In this document: positions 8,064 through 9,486 of the stretch, piece by piece
How positions within the stretch are numbered: the stretch's first letter is position 1
Layout of the letters: each line of letters opens with the position of its first letter
Virus record (IMG/VR): IMGVR_UViG_3300029461_000021
DNA: 9,486 bases
Reading direction: 5' to 3' (one strand)
DNA from: a virus
Taxonomy: Duplodnaviria; Heunggongvirae; Uroviricota; Caudoviricetes
The notes under the pieces: model-generated
Told to the model about the DNA's origin: nothing
The model's database searches: none
The model's input: the letters and a program-made list of their open reading frames with translations, nothing else
Made by a program: the position numbers and the translations under genes

Positions 8064-9178
8064 ATGTGGATTTTGTACTACGAAATAATTGCCCTTATTA
8101 TACTATAAAAGGCAACACTAAAAAAGAAAACATTTCATCTTCTGCTGTTTTAACAACAGCCCTGCATACTTCTCTTCTAAAAATCACAACGGTAATTAAT
8201 GAAATTAATTCTATTTATCCCTTTGATGTCTCAGTTGTTATTCCGGTTCACAACCGAGAAACCCTTATTCTCGAATGCATTAAATCTTTAAACAATCAGA
8301 CTATAGATAAAAATTGTTTTGAAGTTATTTTCATTGATGACTGTTCCACTGACAGGAGCATTGCCGCCATTGAATATAACATTTCGAGAGAAATAAATTA
8401 TCGTATTATCCGTAGAGCAGTTGGTTCAGGGAATGCATCAGCGCCGCGAAATGAGGGAATAAAATCCGCAAAAGGTCGCTATGTGTTTTTCTTAGACTCT
8501 GATGATTCCATTCACTCTGACTTACTGTCCGATGGTATTCAGATGGCTTATAAAAACAATAGTGACATTGTATATTTCAAGCAGGTTTCCTCTACAGGGA
8601 GAGGGGTTCCTGTACGCCCATTTAAGGCAGACACGAATAAAGCAGATATTATAAAAAACCATCTTTTTAGATCATTAAAAATCTTCAAGTTCTTTAAAAG
8701 AGAGTTGCTAATCAATAACAACATCTTATTTAACCCATCAATTTCAGTCTATGAGGATATGCTTTTTTCTTGCCAGAGCCTAACTGTAGCTAATACGATA
8801 TCTATACTGGCAAGAAAGGACTACTACTCTCTGAATCGCCATGAAGAACCACATCTATCTAAAACATCTTTCTCCATTAAACAAAGAGCCTTGGTATTAC
8901 AAACAGGTTTGATTTATATCTTATCAAGCAATAAAAATGAAGCAGAAATAGTAAAAATGTTTAATGCATGGCTGGTTATTTGCGTTGAGCACTTGGCATC
9001 CATATTATCCAAAAAAAGTTTAACAACTAATGAGAAGTCTCACGTTTTTAACTTGATACATAAATCACTCTTACCATATACAGGGCTTGTAAATGAGTCC
9101 CAAATATATCCCGCACAAAGAGAGCTTGTCAGTTGCTTAATCTGTGGAGATTATTCTTCTTTTTGCGAAAAAATATAA
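8060..9178 (+). CDS. Family-2 glycosyltransferase (GT-A fold, DxD motif), soluble type; as drawn it starts at a GTG and is out of frame with the upstream leader
   Basis: 372-aa ORF with the GT2 N-terminal signature VSVVIPVHNRE...EVIFIDDCSTDRS and a DxD motif (FLDSDDS); no C-terminal transmembrane segments visible. The frame has no ATG and no convincing SD before the GT domain. AT-rich codon usage unlike the tail genes. Confidence 0.8.
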
Positions 9179-9217
9179 AAACACTTAACTACAGATACTC
9201 CTAACTTTGTATCTGAC

Positions 9218-9256
9218 GCCCCTCACCCTAAATTAAGGGTGAGGGGCAAAAAAAAA
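9218..9256. other. GC-rich perfect hairpin followed by an A9 tract downstream of the glycosyltransferase gene (atypical terminator or island boundary element)
   Basis: GCCCCTCACCC-taaattaa-GGGTGAGGGGC (11-bp perfect stem) followed by AAAAAAAAA; the tract is A rather than U on the plus strand, so it is not a canonical intrinsic terminator in either orientation. Confidence 0.35.
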
Positions 9257-9486
9257 TAATTATTTGATGTTATATTTATATGCCATCACATCTTTTAACT
9301 CCAGTTGTTACGGGGAGGACAGTGACTCGTATCAACTAAAGTTTGATCTGTAGATAACACTATTTTAAGCAGATACTCATTAAGGCTTGTTTATTCTGAA
9401 GTCTCCAACTTGCGTATTACCGTGAAGGAGATCGGTGAGTAACATCGATGGAGATCGGTTCGTGTCACTTTCACAGAACCGTTTTT

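Noticed and set aside
9218-9256. Hairpin considered as a canonical bidirectional intrinsic terminator
   Set aside because: The tract after the stem is A rather than U on the plus strand, and on the minus strand the U-tract precedes the stem; it is kept only as an atypical structure.

Overview
This window is the right arm of a P2-like (Peduovirus-type) prophage on the minus strand, followed by an AT-rich cargo island on the plus strand. Reading right to left on the minus strand: tail sheath FI, tail tube FII, chaperone E with its -1 frameshift product E+E', tape measure T, tail proteins U and D, and the zinc-finger late activator Ogr, ending in an intrinsic terminator and a 27-bp P2-type att core at 71-97. 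The gene order, the protein lengths (396/172/91+142/815/159/387/72 aa) and the Ogr and FI N-termini match my recollection of phage P2; no database search was possible. Upstream of FI, where P2 carries the variable Z/fun locus, sits a visibly AT-rich island (about 7300-9260). It encodes one family-2 glycosyltransferase (DxD motif) preceded by a 72-aa leader ORF whose 3' end is a perfect tetranucleotide tract, (GCCA)x14 at 7999-8057. The leader and the glycosyltransferase are out of frame by exactly the amount that gain of one repeat unit, or loss of two, would correct. I interpret this as a simple-sequence-repeat phase-variable glycosyltransferase, currently OFF, carried as prophage cargo; this is the most interesting candidate in the window. 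Other signals are a perfect 16-bp palindrome and a TATAAT box upstream of the leader, three plus-strand terminator-like hairpins between FI and the cargo gene, and an atypical GC hairpin with an A9 tract after the glycosyltransferase. All coordinates were derived by hand from the sequence; G+C statements are by-eye estimates.
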